Positions 51,277 to 60,272 of a DNA stretch of 64,000 nucleotides are shown here, piece after piece. The stretch lies in NCBI GenBank assembly GCA_965227775.1, contig OZ245777.1, forward strand, positions 1,760,001 through 1,824,000, written 5' to 3'. The notes beneath the pieces were generated by a model, which did not search any database, was not told the DNA's origin, and saw nothing but the letters and a program-made list of their open reading frames with translations. The DNA is from Phycisphaerales bacterium (GTDB taxonomy: Bacteria; Planctomycetota; Phycisphaerae; Phycisphaerales; UBA1924). The translations under genes were made by a program, and so were the position numbers. Every line of letters starts with the position of its first letter. Position 1 is the stretch's first letter.

Positions 51277-51816
51277 CTAGACCCCATCCCCATACAACGG
51301 ATCGCCCTCGAGCACGCTCGCGGAGTCGCCGGTTGGCTGGGGCGGGGCGTCGAAGACCATCTTGCGGTGGCCGATGCCGGCTTCTTCGAAGGGTTCGCCC
51401 TCGGGTGTCCAGCCGAGCGCCTCGTAGAAGCCGACGGCCCGGTCTTGGGCGTGGCAATAGAGACGGCTGAGGCCGAGCTCGCCGAAAGCGCGGGCCTCGG
51501 CGGCGACGACCAGGCGACGTCCGAGCCCCTCGCCCTGTCGCTGGGGGTCGACGGCCATCTGCATGACCTTGGCCTGGGTCTGGCCGTGATCGCTGGGCTT
51601 CTCGTCGGTGAGGAGAAGCAGGCAGCCCACCACTCTCGGGCCGGTGGGGTGATCCATGACCGCCACGAAGTGCTCGGCGCGGTCGTCGACGCCCGGATAC
51701 TCGGCGGTGAACCTGGCGTGATCGAAGCCGATGGGGTTGAGCAAGACGCTCTCGCGCAGGGCGACCGAGCTCGGGTAGAGCGGGCTCTTGGGCGTGATGC
51801 GTTCGACCCTGATCAC
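51277..51816 (-). CDS. GNAT N-acetyltransferase (ElaA/YjcF-like)
   Basis: QMAVDPQRQGEGLG, HAQ..AVGFYE and FEEAGIGH. Confidence 0.88.
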   Translation of the reverse strand: MIRVERITPKSPLYPSSVALRESVLLNPIGFDHARFTAEYPGVDDRAEHFVAVMDHPTGPRVVGCLLLLTDEKPSDHGQTQAKVMQMAVDPQRQGEGLGRRLVVAAEARAFGELGLSRLYCHAQDRAVGFYEALGWTPEGEPFEEAGIGHRKMVFDAPPQPTGDSASVLEGDPLYGDGV

Positions 51817-51855
51817 GCAGGCAGGATAGGCCAGATGGTGGGGGCTGGGTGGGGT

Positions 51856-52728
51856 TTACCGCACGCCGCGTCCGCCGGTGATCGAGTGGAACGCCTCGCC
51901 CCACAACCGCTGCTCGACGCTCTGACGCGGCGTCGCGATGCGGGCCGAGCCGTCGAGCATGATGACTGCGGCCGATCCACGCGGGTGCGACCGGCCCATC
52001 GCGTTGATCTCGGTCCGGCCGCGGCTGGTCAGAGCCTCGCCGAATGGGGCGTTGTCGGTGAAGACGTCGCCAATCTCGGGATAGGCGAACGAGGTATCGC
52101 TCGCGCCCGAGGTCGGCTCGCGCTCCGGGCTGCGGCCGGCGGTGGCACCGACGAAGGGCACGATGGGTCGGTGGCTCATGATCGTGGGGCCCTGGGCGAG
52201 AGCCGCGTAGTTGTCGGCGGCCAGCCACTCGGTGACCAGCAGCGTGCGCGCGGGATCGATGGCTTCGCCTCTGCGAACCAAGCGAGACCCTGACTGCGGC
52301 ACGGCTGCAGCGTGGCGAACAAGGCGGTAGTGGCGGTCGGTGCCCGAGTATGTCAGCGGCTCAGGCGGCATGATGGCGCCGTTGACCGTGAATGCGAGCC
52401 GGTCGACCTGTGCGACGTGCTCGCCAGCAGAGGGAGCACCGCCGTCCGGTGCGAGTGGACTCGTGAAGTCTGTTGCGTCGGCATAGCCACCGGCGACTAA
52501 GGCGGCCGAGTAGTGCGTGACCGTGCCGTCTGGCGCGGTGCGGAACGCCGGGGGGTACACGCCTGCGTCGAACGCCATCGATTCGATGCCCGTGGCGACA
52601 GAGCGAGCGCTCAGTAGGGCCGCATGGCTCGCGGAGTTGGTGCGAGCCATGCCGAGCATGGGCATGGCCAGAGCGCCGGCGACGGCGAGCGAGGCGGCAG
52701 CGGCGATCGTGTTCGTGAGGGTTGCCAT
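51856..52728 (-). CDS. Planctomycete-type prepilin-like protein with H-X9-DG-like C-terminal motif
   Basis: Hydrophobic N-terminus followed by PMLGMAR, TLLVTE and RSHPRGSAAVIMLDGSA. Confidence 0.55.
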   Translation of the reverse strand: MATLTNTIAAAASLAVAGALAMPMLGMARTNSASHAALLSARSVATGIESMAFDAGVYPPAFRTAPDGTVTHYSAALVAGGYADATDFTSPLAPDGGAPSAGEHVAQVDRLAFTVNGAIMPPEPLTYSGTDRHYRLVRHAAAVPQSGSRLVRRGEAIDPARTLLVTEWLAADNYAALAQGPTIMSHRPIVPFVGATAGRSPEREPTSGASDTSFAYPEIGDVFTDNAPFGEALTSRGRTEINAMGRSHPRGSAAVIMLDGSARIATPRQSVEQRLWGEAFHSITGGRGVR

Positions 52729-52862
52729 GGGGCTCCTTGCGGCGGGACGCGTGCGAGAACGGGCGGGGTCTCGCGGGTACGGTACGCGAGCGGGCCGGGC
52801 GGGCTCACCCCCGCCGCTCGTGGTGTTCGGCTAGACGCTCCTCGAATCACGGTGACAATCGC

Positions 52863-53270
52863 ATGCCTGAAACCCCCGAAGATCGCATCGCAGCCCTGGA
52901 AGCCCGCGTTCAGTCGCTCACCGAGCAACTCAGCGAGGGCGTCGCAACGCGCACGCTGCGCCTCGTCGACGAGACCGGGGCCGAGCGTGCCATGCTGACG
53001 GCCGACCGCGACGGCCCCACGTTCATCTTCCACGATCGCGCCGGCACCATCCGCATGAAGCTCTCGCTCGCCGACTCGGGCCCGGGCATGACGCTGGCCG
53101 ACGACAAGGGTCACACCCGCGCGTGGCTTGGTTTCACCAAGGAAGCCCTGCGCATCGGGTTTGCCGACGACAATGGCAACAGCCGTGCGTTCTTCGGCGT
53201 GATGCGCTCCGGGCAGCCGGTCGCGAAGTTTTACGACGAGGCGGGCAACGTGGTGTGGAGTGCGGAGTAG
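52863..53270 (+). CDS. Hypothetical protein: coiled coil plus about 22-aa beta repeats
   Basis: RIAALEARVQSL followed by repeated L/F-x-D-x-x-G-x-x-R units. Confidence 0.65.
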   Translation: MPETPEDRIAALEARVQSLTEQLSEGVATRTLRLVDETGAERAMLTADRDGPTFIFHDRAGTIRMKLSLADSGPGMTLADDKGHTRAWLGFTKEALRIGFADDNGNSRAFFGVMRSGQPVAKFYDEAGNVVWSAE

Positions 53271-53276
53271 CGGCTC

Positions 53277-54053
53277 GTGATCGCGCCCAGCTGGACACCG
53301 CCGTTCGAGACAACTCTTGAAGAAGTCCGAGCCCGGCTTGCCAAGGCTGGGACGTACCACGTTCGCCATGAGACCTGTGCTGCCGATTGGTTCGGGTACG
53401 ATCGAGATCTCGACGCGGCGATCTGTGCGTTTCTCAACGAGGGTGATTGGGAACCAATCGAGCGTCAAGATGACGAGTCGATCCAGCTCGTGTCGAACCA
53501 CTGGCATACCCGAGGGCCGCGCCCGCCCGCCACCTTGCACTTCGCGTGCCTCTTTCTGCTTCTCCTCGGGACTCGGTACCAGAATCGTGGCAGAATCCTC
53601 GCGCTGCCCGGGCGTGTCGCTAGGTCCGTCCGCGCTGCCAATGAGCTGGGGCCAGAAGAGCTTGCATGCGCATGCCACGTGCTGGTTTGGTGCGGCGTCG
53701 CCGACATTCACGGCTTCTACGGTGTTCCGCGCAGCATGTACGCGTTTGCGGTGCTGTCGGCGCTCGCGTTGCTCTTGCCGCATGGCAAGCGACGAACGCG
53801 TCGAGTGTTGCCGTCGCTGGAGATAGGTTCGGAGTTGATCGAATCCCAAGCAAGACAGATCGAGGAACTGCTGCCCCGGGACGCGACTTTTTGGCTTGAG
53901 AGGAGTGACGCGCATCTCGTCCAGCTCGACGATGAGCAGCGTCAGGACCACGAGTGGCACGAACTCGCATCGCTCGTGCTGGCAGTCGCCGAGGATGATC
54001 TGCCTGTCACGAAGCGACTCGCCAGCGCCGTCGCGGCGTCGGTGGAGCAGTGA
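53277..54053 (+). CDS. Hypothetical protein
   Basis: Fills the gap between flanking genes; no recognised motif. Confidence 0.5.
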   Translation: MIAPSWTPPFETTLEEVRARLAKAGTYHVRHETCAADWFGYDRDLDAAICAFLNEGDWEPIERQDDESIQLVSNHWHTRGPRPPATLHFACLFLLLLGTRYQNRGRILALPGRVARSVRAANELGPEELACACHVLVWCGVADIHGFYGVPRSMYAFAVLSALALLLPHGKRRTRRVLPSLEIGSELIESQARQIEELLPRDATFWLERSDAHLVQLDDEQRQDHEWHELASLVLAVAEDDLPVTKRLASAVAASVEQ

Positions 54054-54062
54054 GGTAACGCG

Positions 54063-55016
54063 TTATCGTGGCGCCCGATGCATCGGCTCGCGCCCCTCGA
54101 GCACCGCCACCACGTCCTGCACGACCCAGCTCATGTTCAGCCTCGCCGGGGCTGTGGCAGCTGCGATGTGCGGGGCAAGGTGCGCGTTGGGAACGCCGAG
54201 CAACGGGTAGCCCGCGTCCAGCGGTTCGTGCGGGTCGTGCACGTCGAGCAGCGCCCGCGCCTTCGGGTTCGCGGCCAGCCAGTTGGCCAGCGCTCGCGGA
54301 TCGATCGCGAGTCCTCGGCTGGTATTGACCACGATGCAGTCCGCACGCAGCCTGCGCAAGAAATTGGCACCCACAAAGTGGTGGTTGCCCTCGCGCCAGT
54401 CGATGTGCACCGTCAGCACCTGTGAGGTTGCTTGCAGCTCTTCGAGTGACACTGGCTCGCACCCGTGCCGTACATCGGTCGGGATCTCGACGACGTCGTG
54501 GTACCGAACGCGGCAGCCCAACGCGCCGAGAACTTTGCCTACCCGGCTTCCGATACGCCCGAAGCCCAGAACGCCCACGTCCAGGTCAGCCAGGTGGCAC
54601 TCGCCCTGCAACTCGTTGCGAGCGTCGTGCCAGGCAGTGCCCTCCAGCGGGCCATCCAGGAACACGCGCGGCCGTAGCGCGTCGAGCAGCAGGCACAGCA
54701 CGAACTCGACCACCGCCTGGGTGTTGGCGGCCGGCGTGTGGACGACCTCGATTCCGCGGGCACGGCAGCCCGGGATGTCGATATTCTCGAGCGCGACACC
54801 GGCCCGGCCCACGACCTTCAGACTTGTAGCCCGTTCAAGCAGAGCCTCGTTTACGCGTGTGTACGTTCGAACGACGAGCCCCTGGGCGATAGGCAGCAGG
54901 TCGGCAAATTCCGCGCTCTCGTGCGAGCACACGCGCAGGTCGGCACGCTCTCTGAGCCACGCCTGCGCGACGGGGTCGAGCGACTCGGTCTGGATGACGA
55001 GGGGGCGATCTTTCAT
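54063..55016 (-). CDS. D-isomer-specific 2-hydroxyacid dehydrogenase (SerA-like, no ACT domain)
   Basis: RAGVALENID, GFGRIG, NTSRG, LDV and PHIAA. Confidence 0.88.
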   Translation of the reverse strand: MKDRPLVIQTESLDPVAQAWLRERADLRVCSHESAEFADLLPIAQGLVVRTYTRVNEALLERATSLKVVGRAGVALENIDIPGCRARGIEVVHTPAANTQAVVEFVLCLLLDALRPRVFLDGPLEGTAWHDARNELQGECHLADLDVGVLGFGRIGSRVGKVLGALGCRVRYHDVVEIPTDVRHGCEPVSLEELQATSQVLTVHIDWREGNHHFVGANFLRRLRADCIVVNTSRGLAIDPRALANWLAANPKARALLDVHDPHEPLDAGYPLLGVPNAHLAPHIAAATAPARLNMSWVVQDVVAVLEGREPMHRAPR

Positions 55017-55218
55017 GGCAATTCGATCCTATCTCGTTGGATTCTCTCCTTAGGTTGCAACCGGAGGTATCGAGACGAATATGAAGATCGGGGGGAAACC
55101 TGAGAACATTTTCACCTCACGGACCCCGGGCACCGATATCCGATGCCAGTACAGAGTCGAATTGGGAGAGCGATGACCTGTGTGTTCCCCGGGCAGCGCC
55201 GAAGCGGAGCCTGCGAGC

Positions 55219-55608
55219 ATGAATAAGAGCCATCTCGTCGATCACGTCGCCTCAAGCTTGGGCGTCACGCGCAGTGACGCCACCGTGTACGTGGAATGCG
55301 TGCTCGAGGGCGTTACGAAGGGTCTGATCGAGGATGGACGAGTGAAAATTACCGGCTTTGGCGCCTTTTCGCGACGCCACCGGGAGCCCCGTCGGGGCAC
55401 GAATCCGCTCACTGGCGAGCCAATCCGCATCCCAGCAAGCGTTACGTGCGGCTTCAAGGCGTCGCCGGCGTTGCGGGATCGTCTGCAGCCCGAGGGCTCG
55501 GCGAGCGGATCGACGGGCGATGACGGACGCAACCAAAGGGCGGGTGCGGCGGCCGTCGGCCAGATCGAGCACAAGCAGGCCACGGGTGTCCGCACGCCGG
55601 GCCGATAG
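55219..55608 (+). CDS. hup: HU family DNA-binding protein with C-terminal extension
   Basis: MNKSHLV, GFGAF, R.G.NP.TGE.I.IPA and FKAS. Confidence 0.9.
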   Translation: MNKSHLVDHVASSLGVTRSDATVYVECVLEGVTKGLIEDGRVKITGFGAFSRRHREPRRGTNPLTGEPIRIPASVTCGFKASPALRDRLQPEGSASGSTGDDGRNQRAGAAAVGQIEHKQATGVRTPGR

Positions 55609-55614
55609 CGACAG

Positions 55615-56169
55615 CTAACTCGAACCCGATCTCGAGAGCAGCACCAAGGCGTGCGCTTCGATGGCCTTGCCCTCGCCCACCGGGCCAACATGCTCGCCCG
55701 TTTTACCTTTCAGGTTCACCCGCTGGGATGGCAGGCCGAGGAGCCGAGCCAGACGATCGCGGATCTCGGCCTTGTGCGGCCCTAGCTTGGGCATCTGTAG
55801 CAAGACCGTGAGGTCGACGTTCGCGATCTCCCATCCGCCCCCGCGAACGAGGCGAACCGCCTCGGCGAGGAAATCCGATGAGTCGCGGCTCTCGTTGGCC
55901 GGGTCGTCATTGGGGAACAACTGGCCGATGTCGGGCAAGCCCGCCGCCCCGAGCAACGCGTCGGTGAGCGCGTGCAGGAGCGCGTCGCCGTCCGAGTGGG
56001 CGACCGGGCCCCGCGCCTGGCCGCTCTGCCACGGGATGGACACGCCGCCGACGATCAGCGGCTTGCCATCTCCGGAGGGAGCCACTGGTTCCAGGCGGTG
56101 CAGGTCGTAGCCGTGGCCGATGCGGAAGTGCGGGTCGTCGGATGCAAAGCCGGGTATTGTTTGGGTCAT
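55615..56169 (-). CDS. ispF: 2-C-methyl-D-erythritol 2,4-cyclodiphosphate synthase
   Basis: RIGHGYDLH, HSDGDALLHA, DIGQLFP and NLKGKTGE. Confidence 0.95.
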   Translation of the reverse strand: MTQTIPGFASDDPHFRIGHGYDLHRLEPVAPSGDGKPLIVGGVSIPWQSGQARGPVAHSDGDALLHALTDALLGAAGLPDIGQLFPNDDPANESRDSSDFLAEAVRLVRGGGWEIANVDLTVLLQMPKLGPHKAEIRDRLARLLGLPSQRVNLKGKTGEHVGPVGEGKAIEAHALVLLSRSGSS

Positions 56170-56348
56170 GAGGGGGCCTTGGTGATTCCTGGCCCGTTGG
56201 TGTGAGGACGGCGGGCTGTCCTGACGATAGTGAAGAGATACGGTTGGGGGCCAGTGGGGCCCCTCGAACCCATTGCGATGCCCGTCGTACCTCGATCGGG
56301 TCGCGGATCAGGATTCGTGCACCCCGGCCCTTCCTAGCGGAGCCTTCG

Positions 56349-56828
56349 ATGAAGACCAGCCCCAGTCGCTCGCGTGTTGCCCTCGTTGCCGCCCTCTCGC
56401 TTGCCAGCAGCGCCGTGCTGCTCGGCGGCTGCTTCGGCAACTCCAAGGACAGGCACCCGTACGTCAGCAGGACGTACAGCCCCAAGACCCTGGTGCTCGT
56501 CGACACGCGCACGGGCGAGGAACTCTGGCGCTACGAGCTTGGCGTGGGCAACTCGATGAAGGTCAGCTTCCACGAGGGCGACAAGGAAAACGTTGTGATG
56601 CCCGACGAGATGCGGTGGGAGGTCAAATCGGGCCAGACCGACAAGATCATCGAGCAGGGCGAGATGCCTTGCCCGCCCGAGGGCGTTCGCCGCGTCGACT
56701 GGTTCGAGCGCCCCATACCCGAGTATCCCAAGCCCGAAGTGCCGCAGGGCGAGCCGCAGGCCGCCCCGGAGGAAGCTCCTGAGGAAGCGCCCGGAGAAGA
56801 GCCCGTCGAAGGCGACACCGAGGGTTGA
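56349..56828 (+). CDS. Hypothetical lipoprotein with acidic Pro/Glu tail
   Basis: Lipobox LGGC, SD GGAG and an EEAP repeat tail. Confidence 0.7.
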   Translation: MKTSPSRSRVALVAALSLASSAVLLGGCFGNSKDRHPYVSRTYSPKTLVLVDTRTGEELWRYELGVGNSMKVSFHEGDKENVVMPDEMRWEVKSGQTDKIIEQGEMPCPPEGVRRVDWFERPIPEYPKPEVPQGEPQAAPEEAPEEAPGEEPVEGDTEG

Positions 56829-56837
56829 GTTCGATCG

Positions 56838-56861
56838 AGCCCGGGCCTTGCCCGGGTTTTT
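56838..56861 (+). terminator. Intrinsic terminator between the convergent lipoprotein and thrS genes
   Basis: AGCCCGGG-ccttg-CCCGGGTTTTT. Confidence 0.75.
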
Positions 56862-58963
56862 CATGCGCCGACCGGTTCCGTGAATCGGTCACGCACGGAG
56901 CTTTGTCCCTTGCTGTCGCGCTCGTCGACGAGGGCGGCGACGAAGTCGCGGACGGGGAGCCCTCCCAGGTCCTTCTGGATGCCGCGGGCGCGGATGGAGA
57001 CGTTGCCTGCCTCTGCGTCTCGTGGACCGACGACCGCGAGGTAGGGGATGCGCATCTCGGCGGCGTTCTTGATCTTCGCCTGGATGCGGCCGTCCGAGTC
57101 GTCGACGGTGGCGCGCAGGCCCTCGGCCTTGAGCGCCTCCAAGACCTGTTGGGCGTAGTCGCTGCTCTTCTCGCTGATCGGTAGCACGCGCACCTGCTCG
57201 GGGCTGAGCCAGAGGGGGAAGGCACCGCCGAAGTGCTCGATGAGCACGCCGATGAAGCGCTCCATCGAACCGAACGGTGCGCGGTGGATCATAACCGGGC
57301 GGTGGGGCTGGTTGTCCGGGCCGATGTAGGTCAGGTCGAATCGCTCGGGTAGGTTGTAGTCGACCTGCACGGTGCCCAGCTGCCACTCACGGCCGATGAC
57401 GTCACGCACGACAAAGTCGATCTTCGGCCCGTAGAACGCGGCCTCGCCCGGCTCTTCGGTGAACGGCACGCCGAGTGACTTCGCGGCCTGGCGGCACGCC
57501 TCCTCGGCCTTGTCCCAGTTCGACGAATCGCCCGTGTACTTGCCGCTATCGGGGTCGCGCAGGCCGACGCGCACGCGGTAGTCGTGCATGTCGAGCGCGC
57601 CGAAGATGATCTTGACCAGCTCGAGGCAGCCCTGGACCTCCTCGCCCACCTGGTCCGGCGTGCAGAACAGGTGCGCATCGTCCTGGGTGAAGCCGCGCAC
57701 GCGGGTCATGCCGTTGAGCTCGCCCGACTGCTCCCAGCGGTACACAGTGCCGAACTCTGCGAGTCGAAGCGGCAGGTCGCGGTAGCTGTGCGGCTGGCTG
57801 TCGTAGATCTTAATGTGGTGCGGGCAGTTCATGGGCTTGAGCATGAAGCCCTCGATCTGGCCGACCTTGAGGTTGTTGCTCAGCTGCGCGCAGGTGCAGC
57901 CCTCCTCGCTGAGCTGGTGCATGTGCTCGCGATCGACGAGCGGCGGGAACTGGCTGTCGGCGTAGTACGGGAAGTGCCCGCTGGTGCGATACAGGTCGAG
58001 CTTGCCGATGTGGGGGGTGAAGACCTCGTGGTAGCCCTGGCGGGTCAGCTCGGTGCCGATGAACTGCTGGAGCTCGTGGCGGATGGTCGCGCCCGCGGGG
58101 GTCCACAGCACGAGGCCCTGCCCAACAGTCTCGTCGATATGGAAAAGGCCCAGTTTCTTGCCCAGCACGCGGTGGTCGCGTGCCTTGGCCTGCTCGATGC
58201 GGTCGAGGTGCTCTTCGAGTTCTCTTTTCGAGAAGAACGAGGTCCCGTACACGCGGGTGAGACGGTCGCTGTTCTCGTCGCCGTGCCAGTAGCTCGACGC
58301 GAGGGACATGACCTTGAACGCACCGATGCGGCCGGTGCTTGGCACGTGCGGGCCGCGGCAGAGGTCTTCCCAGTTCTTGCCCGGCTCGCCTGTGGCGTAG
58401 AAGGACAGCTCGAGTGAGCCGGCCTCGTGGGCTCGGTGCGCGTTGTCGAGCTTGTACTTGCTGCCTTCCTTCTTGAGCTTCTCGAGCCCCTCGCTGTACT
58501 CCAGCTCGTAGCGGGTGAATGGACGGTCTTCCTTCACGATCTTGGCCATCTCGGCCTCGATGGCCTCGAAGTCGCCCTCGCGGAGGGGGCGGTCCTCGGG
58601 AAAGGCGATGTCGTAGTAGAAGCCAGTCTCGAGCGGCGGCCCGTACACGAGCATCGCGCCCGGCACCACACGCTGGATGGCCTCGGCCATTACGTGGGCG
58701 GTGGAGTGGCGCAACATGTACATCGCGCCCTCGTCGGGCTTGCCATCGCGGGTCTTCTCGGTGAGGATCGCGAGCGACGCGTCGGCCTGGATAGCCACGT
58801 TCAGATCGGCCAACTCGCCGTCCACCTTGGCCCCAACGGCGGCCTTGGCCAGCCGAGCGCCGATGTCCTGGGCGACGGTCAGCGGGGTCACGGGCCCGTC
58901 GTAGTGCTTCTGGGAGCCGTCGGGGAGGGTGATGGTGACGTGCTTGCCGTTGGGCTGGCTCAT
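56861..58963 (-). CDS. thrS: Threonine--tRNA ligase
   Basis: TGS domain (ITLPDGS), HSTAH, DLCRGPH, KPMNCP, RVRGFTQDDAH, FYGPKID and HRAPFGS.ERF. Confidence 0.98.
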   Translation of the reverse strand: MSQPNGKHVTITLPDGSQKHYDGPVTPLTVAQDIGARLAKAAVGAKVDGELADLNVAIQADASLAILTEKTRDGKPDEGAMYMLRHSTAHVMAEAIQRVVPGAMLVYGPPLETGFYYDIAFPEDRPLREGDFEAIEAEMAKIVKEDRPFTRYELEYSEGLEKLKKEGSKYKLDNAHRAHEAGSLELSFYATGEPGKNWEDLCRGPHVPSTGRIGAFKVMSLASSYWHGDENSDRLTRVYGTSFFSKRELEEHLDRIEQAKARDHRVLGKKLGLFHIDETVGQGLVLWTPAGATIRHELQQFIGTELTRQGYHEVFTPHIGKLDLYRTSGHFPYYADSQFPPLVDREHMHQLSEEGCTCAQLSNNLKVGQIEGFMLKPMNCPHHIKIYDSQPHSYRDLPLRLAEFGTVYRWEQSGELNGMTRVRGFTQDDAHLFCTPDQVGEEVQGCLELVKIIFGALDMHDYRVRVGLRDPDSGKYTGDSSNWDKAEEACRQAAKSLGVPFTEEPGEAAFYGPKIDFVVRDVIGREWQLGTVQVDYNLPERFDLTYIGPDNQPHRPVMIHRAPFGSMERFIGVLIEHFGGAFPLWLSPEQVRVLPISEKSSDYAQQVLEALKAEGLRATVDDSDGRIQAKIKNAAEMRIPYLAVVGPRDAEAGNVSIRARGIQKDLGGLPVRDFVAALVDERDSKGQSSVRDRFTEPVGA

Positions 58964-59019
58964 GGCTGGGCTTCCGTGGGTCTGGGATCGTGTCTCTGGG
59001 TCGAAGGATAGCGGGGGCC

Positions 59020-59049
59020 AAACAAAAACCCGGCCTTGCGGCCGGGCTT
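59020..59049 (-). terminator. Attenuator terminator upstream of thrS
   Basis: Minus strand AAGCCCGGCC-GCAA-GGCCGGG then TTTTTGTTT. Lies between the leader ORF and the thrS start. Confidence 0.88.
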
Positions 59050-59075
59050 GGGAATCGTGTGAGGGCACGCCGAGA

Positions 59076-59135
59076 CTAGCCGCAGGGGCGGGTTTCAGTA
59101 GTCGTGGTGGTGGTCGTCGTCTGCGCGCGGGCCAT
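59076..59135 (-). CDS. Threonine-rich leader peptide MARAQTTTTTTTTETRPCG (thrS attenuator leader)
   Basis: ATG GCC CGC GCG CAG ACG ACG ACC ACC ACC ACG ACT ACT GAA ACC CGC CCC TGC GGC TAG. Eight consecutive Thr codons, nine in 19 residues. Confidence 0.88.
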   Translation of the reverse strand: MARAQTTTTTTTTETRPCG

Positions 59136-59141
59136 CGTGGG

Positions 59142-59147
59142 AGTGTA
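59142..59147 (-). promoter_or_regulatory. -10 box TACACT, 6 nt before the leader ATG (probable leaderless start)
   Basis: Minus strand ...gccgaTACACTcccacgATG, with no SD present. Confidence 0.6.
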
Positions 59148-59169
59148 TCGGCTCGGGCGTGCGATTGCT

Positions 59170-60096
59170 TCACTCGAGATGGGCCATACCCACATCTTCG
59201 CAGATGATCTCGCGTGGCGCCCAAACGACTCTGAGCCGTTCGAGAGGCTGGCCTACGGGCTCGGCGGCGTCATGGAAGGTCGAGTGGTGGATCGGCATGA
59301 GGCGACGCGCACCCATCCGTTCGGCCATGCCTGCGGCTTGCTCGGGCGTCGCGTGCACTCGGTCCCAGGGTTCGTAGCTATTGCCGATGCCGAGGATGGC
59401 GGTGTCGATGTCGGCCAGTGCGTCGAATGCGTCGGTATCGGCGGTGTCGCCGGCGAAGACGAGCCTTCGTTGATCGTCTTCGATCACGTATGCGTTGTAG
59501 CCGCGGTGGCGATCGATGAGCCACCGCGCTCCCCAGTGCTTGCAGCGCCAGGCGGTGACGCCAAACCCGTTCAGATCCTCGCTCTCATCCCATCGCAGCT
59601 CGATTACGTTCTTGAATCCGCGGCCGCGATCGGGCAGGAGCTTTCGGGTGTGCTTGGGCACGACGACGGTCGTGTCGGCACTGACGAGTCTTTCGAGGGT
59701 CGGCTTGTGCCAGTGGTCCATATGCGCGTGCGTGAGCAGCAGCACGTCGATCGTGGGCAGGTCGTCCACACTCGCGGGCAGCGCGATCGATCGGCGGCGG
59801 CCCGTGGGCTTGCCCCGCAGCCCCACGCCGGCGTGTTCGGCAAAGTGCGGGTCTGTGAGCACCGTCTGCCCGCCGACTCGGAGCATGCTCGTCGCCTGGC
59901 CGAACCAGAACGCCCCGAACGAGGCCGCGGCCCACGCGTCGCGATCTGGCAGGCTGCCGGCGGGGGCCAACGGCTCGTCGAGCGTGCCCAGGCCGGTGCG
60001 CTCGCGCACGCGTTCGGTCACGATGGGCGTCCACTGGCGGGCCAGGGCCCGGGCCGAGCGCCAGAATCCGCGACTGGGCGTGCCTTCGGCGGACAT
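59170..60096 (-). CDS. MBL-fold metallo-hydrolase (RomA/NAPE-PLD-like)
   Basis: LTDP, THAHMDH, KHWGAR, FAGDT, HATPEQA and PIHHSTF. Confidence 0.88.
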   Translation of the reverse strand: MSAEGTPSRGFWRSARALARQWTPIVTERVRERTGLGTLDEPLAPAGSLPDRDAWAAASFGAFWFGQATSMLRVGGQTVLTDPHFAEHAGVGLRGKPTGRRRSIALPASVDDLPTIDVLLLTHAHMDHWHKPTLERLVSADTTVVVPKHTRKLLPDRGRGFKNVIELRWDESEDLNGFGVTAWRCKHWGARWLIDRHRGYNAYVIEDDQRRLVFAGDTADTDAFDALADIDTAILGIGNSYEPWDRVHATPEQAAGMAERMGARRLMPIHHSTFHDAAEPVGQPLERLRVVWAPREIICEDVGMAHLE

Positions 60097-60150
60097 CACA
60101 CAAGCCTAACGCCCGAGACTGGGGGATTCATCCGATCCCGGCGGTTCGCG

Positions 60151-60156
60151 TATAAT
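60151..60156 (+). promoter_or_regulatory. Consensus -10 box (TATAAT) for hppD
   Basis: Perfect TATAAT in a GC-rich intergenic region, about 116 nt before the hppD ATG. Confidence 0.6.
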
Positions 60157-60272
60157 CAGTTGACGCGGTCACCCGCGTTGGCCGCCTGCCGCGTGGACCC
60201 GGGCAATCGATCCGGAGAGTGGGGGCGTGGGCCCATTGGTGCCGGGTGAACCGAAGGAAATGGAGCCTTCCC

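Noticed and set aside
58964..59169. T-box riboswitch or E. coli-type translational operator for thrS
   Set aside because: No T-box UGGNACC bulge or specifier stem is visible, and the leader-peptide/terminator model explains the region.
60213..60260. Glycine riboswitch-like words (GGAGAG ... CCGAAGG) upstream of hppD
   Set aside because: The downstream CUCAGG element and a second aptamer are absent, and the gene context does not fit.
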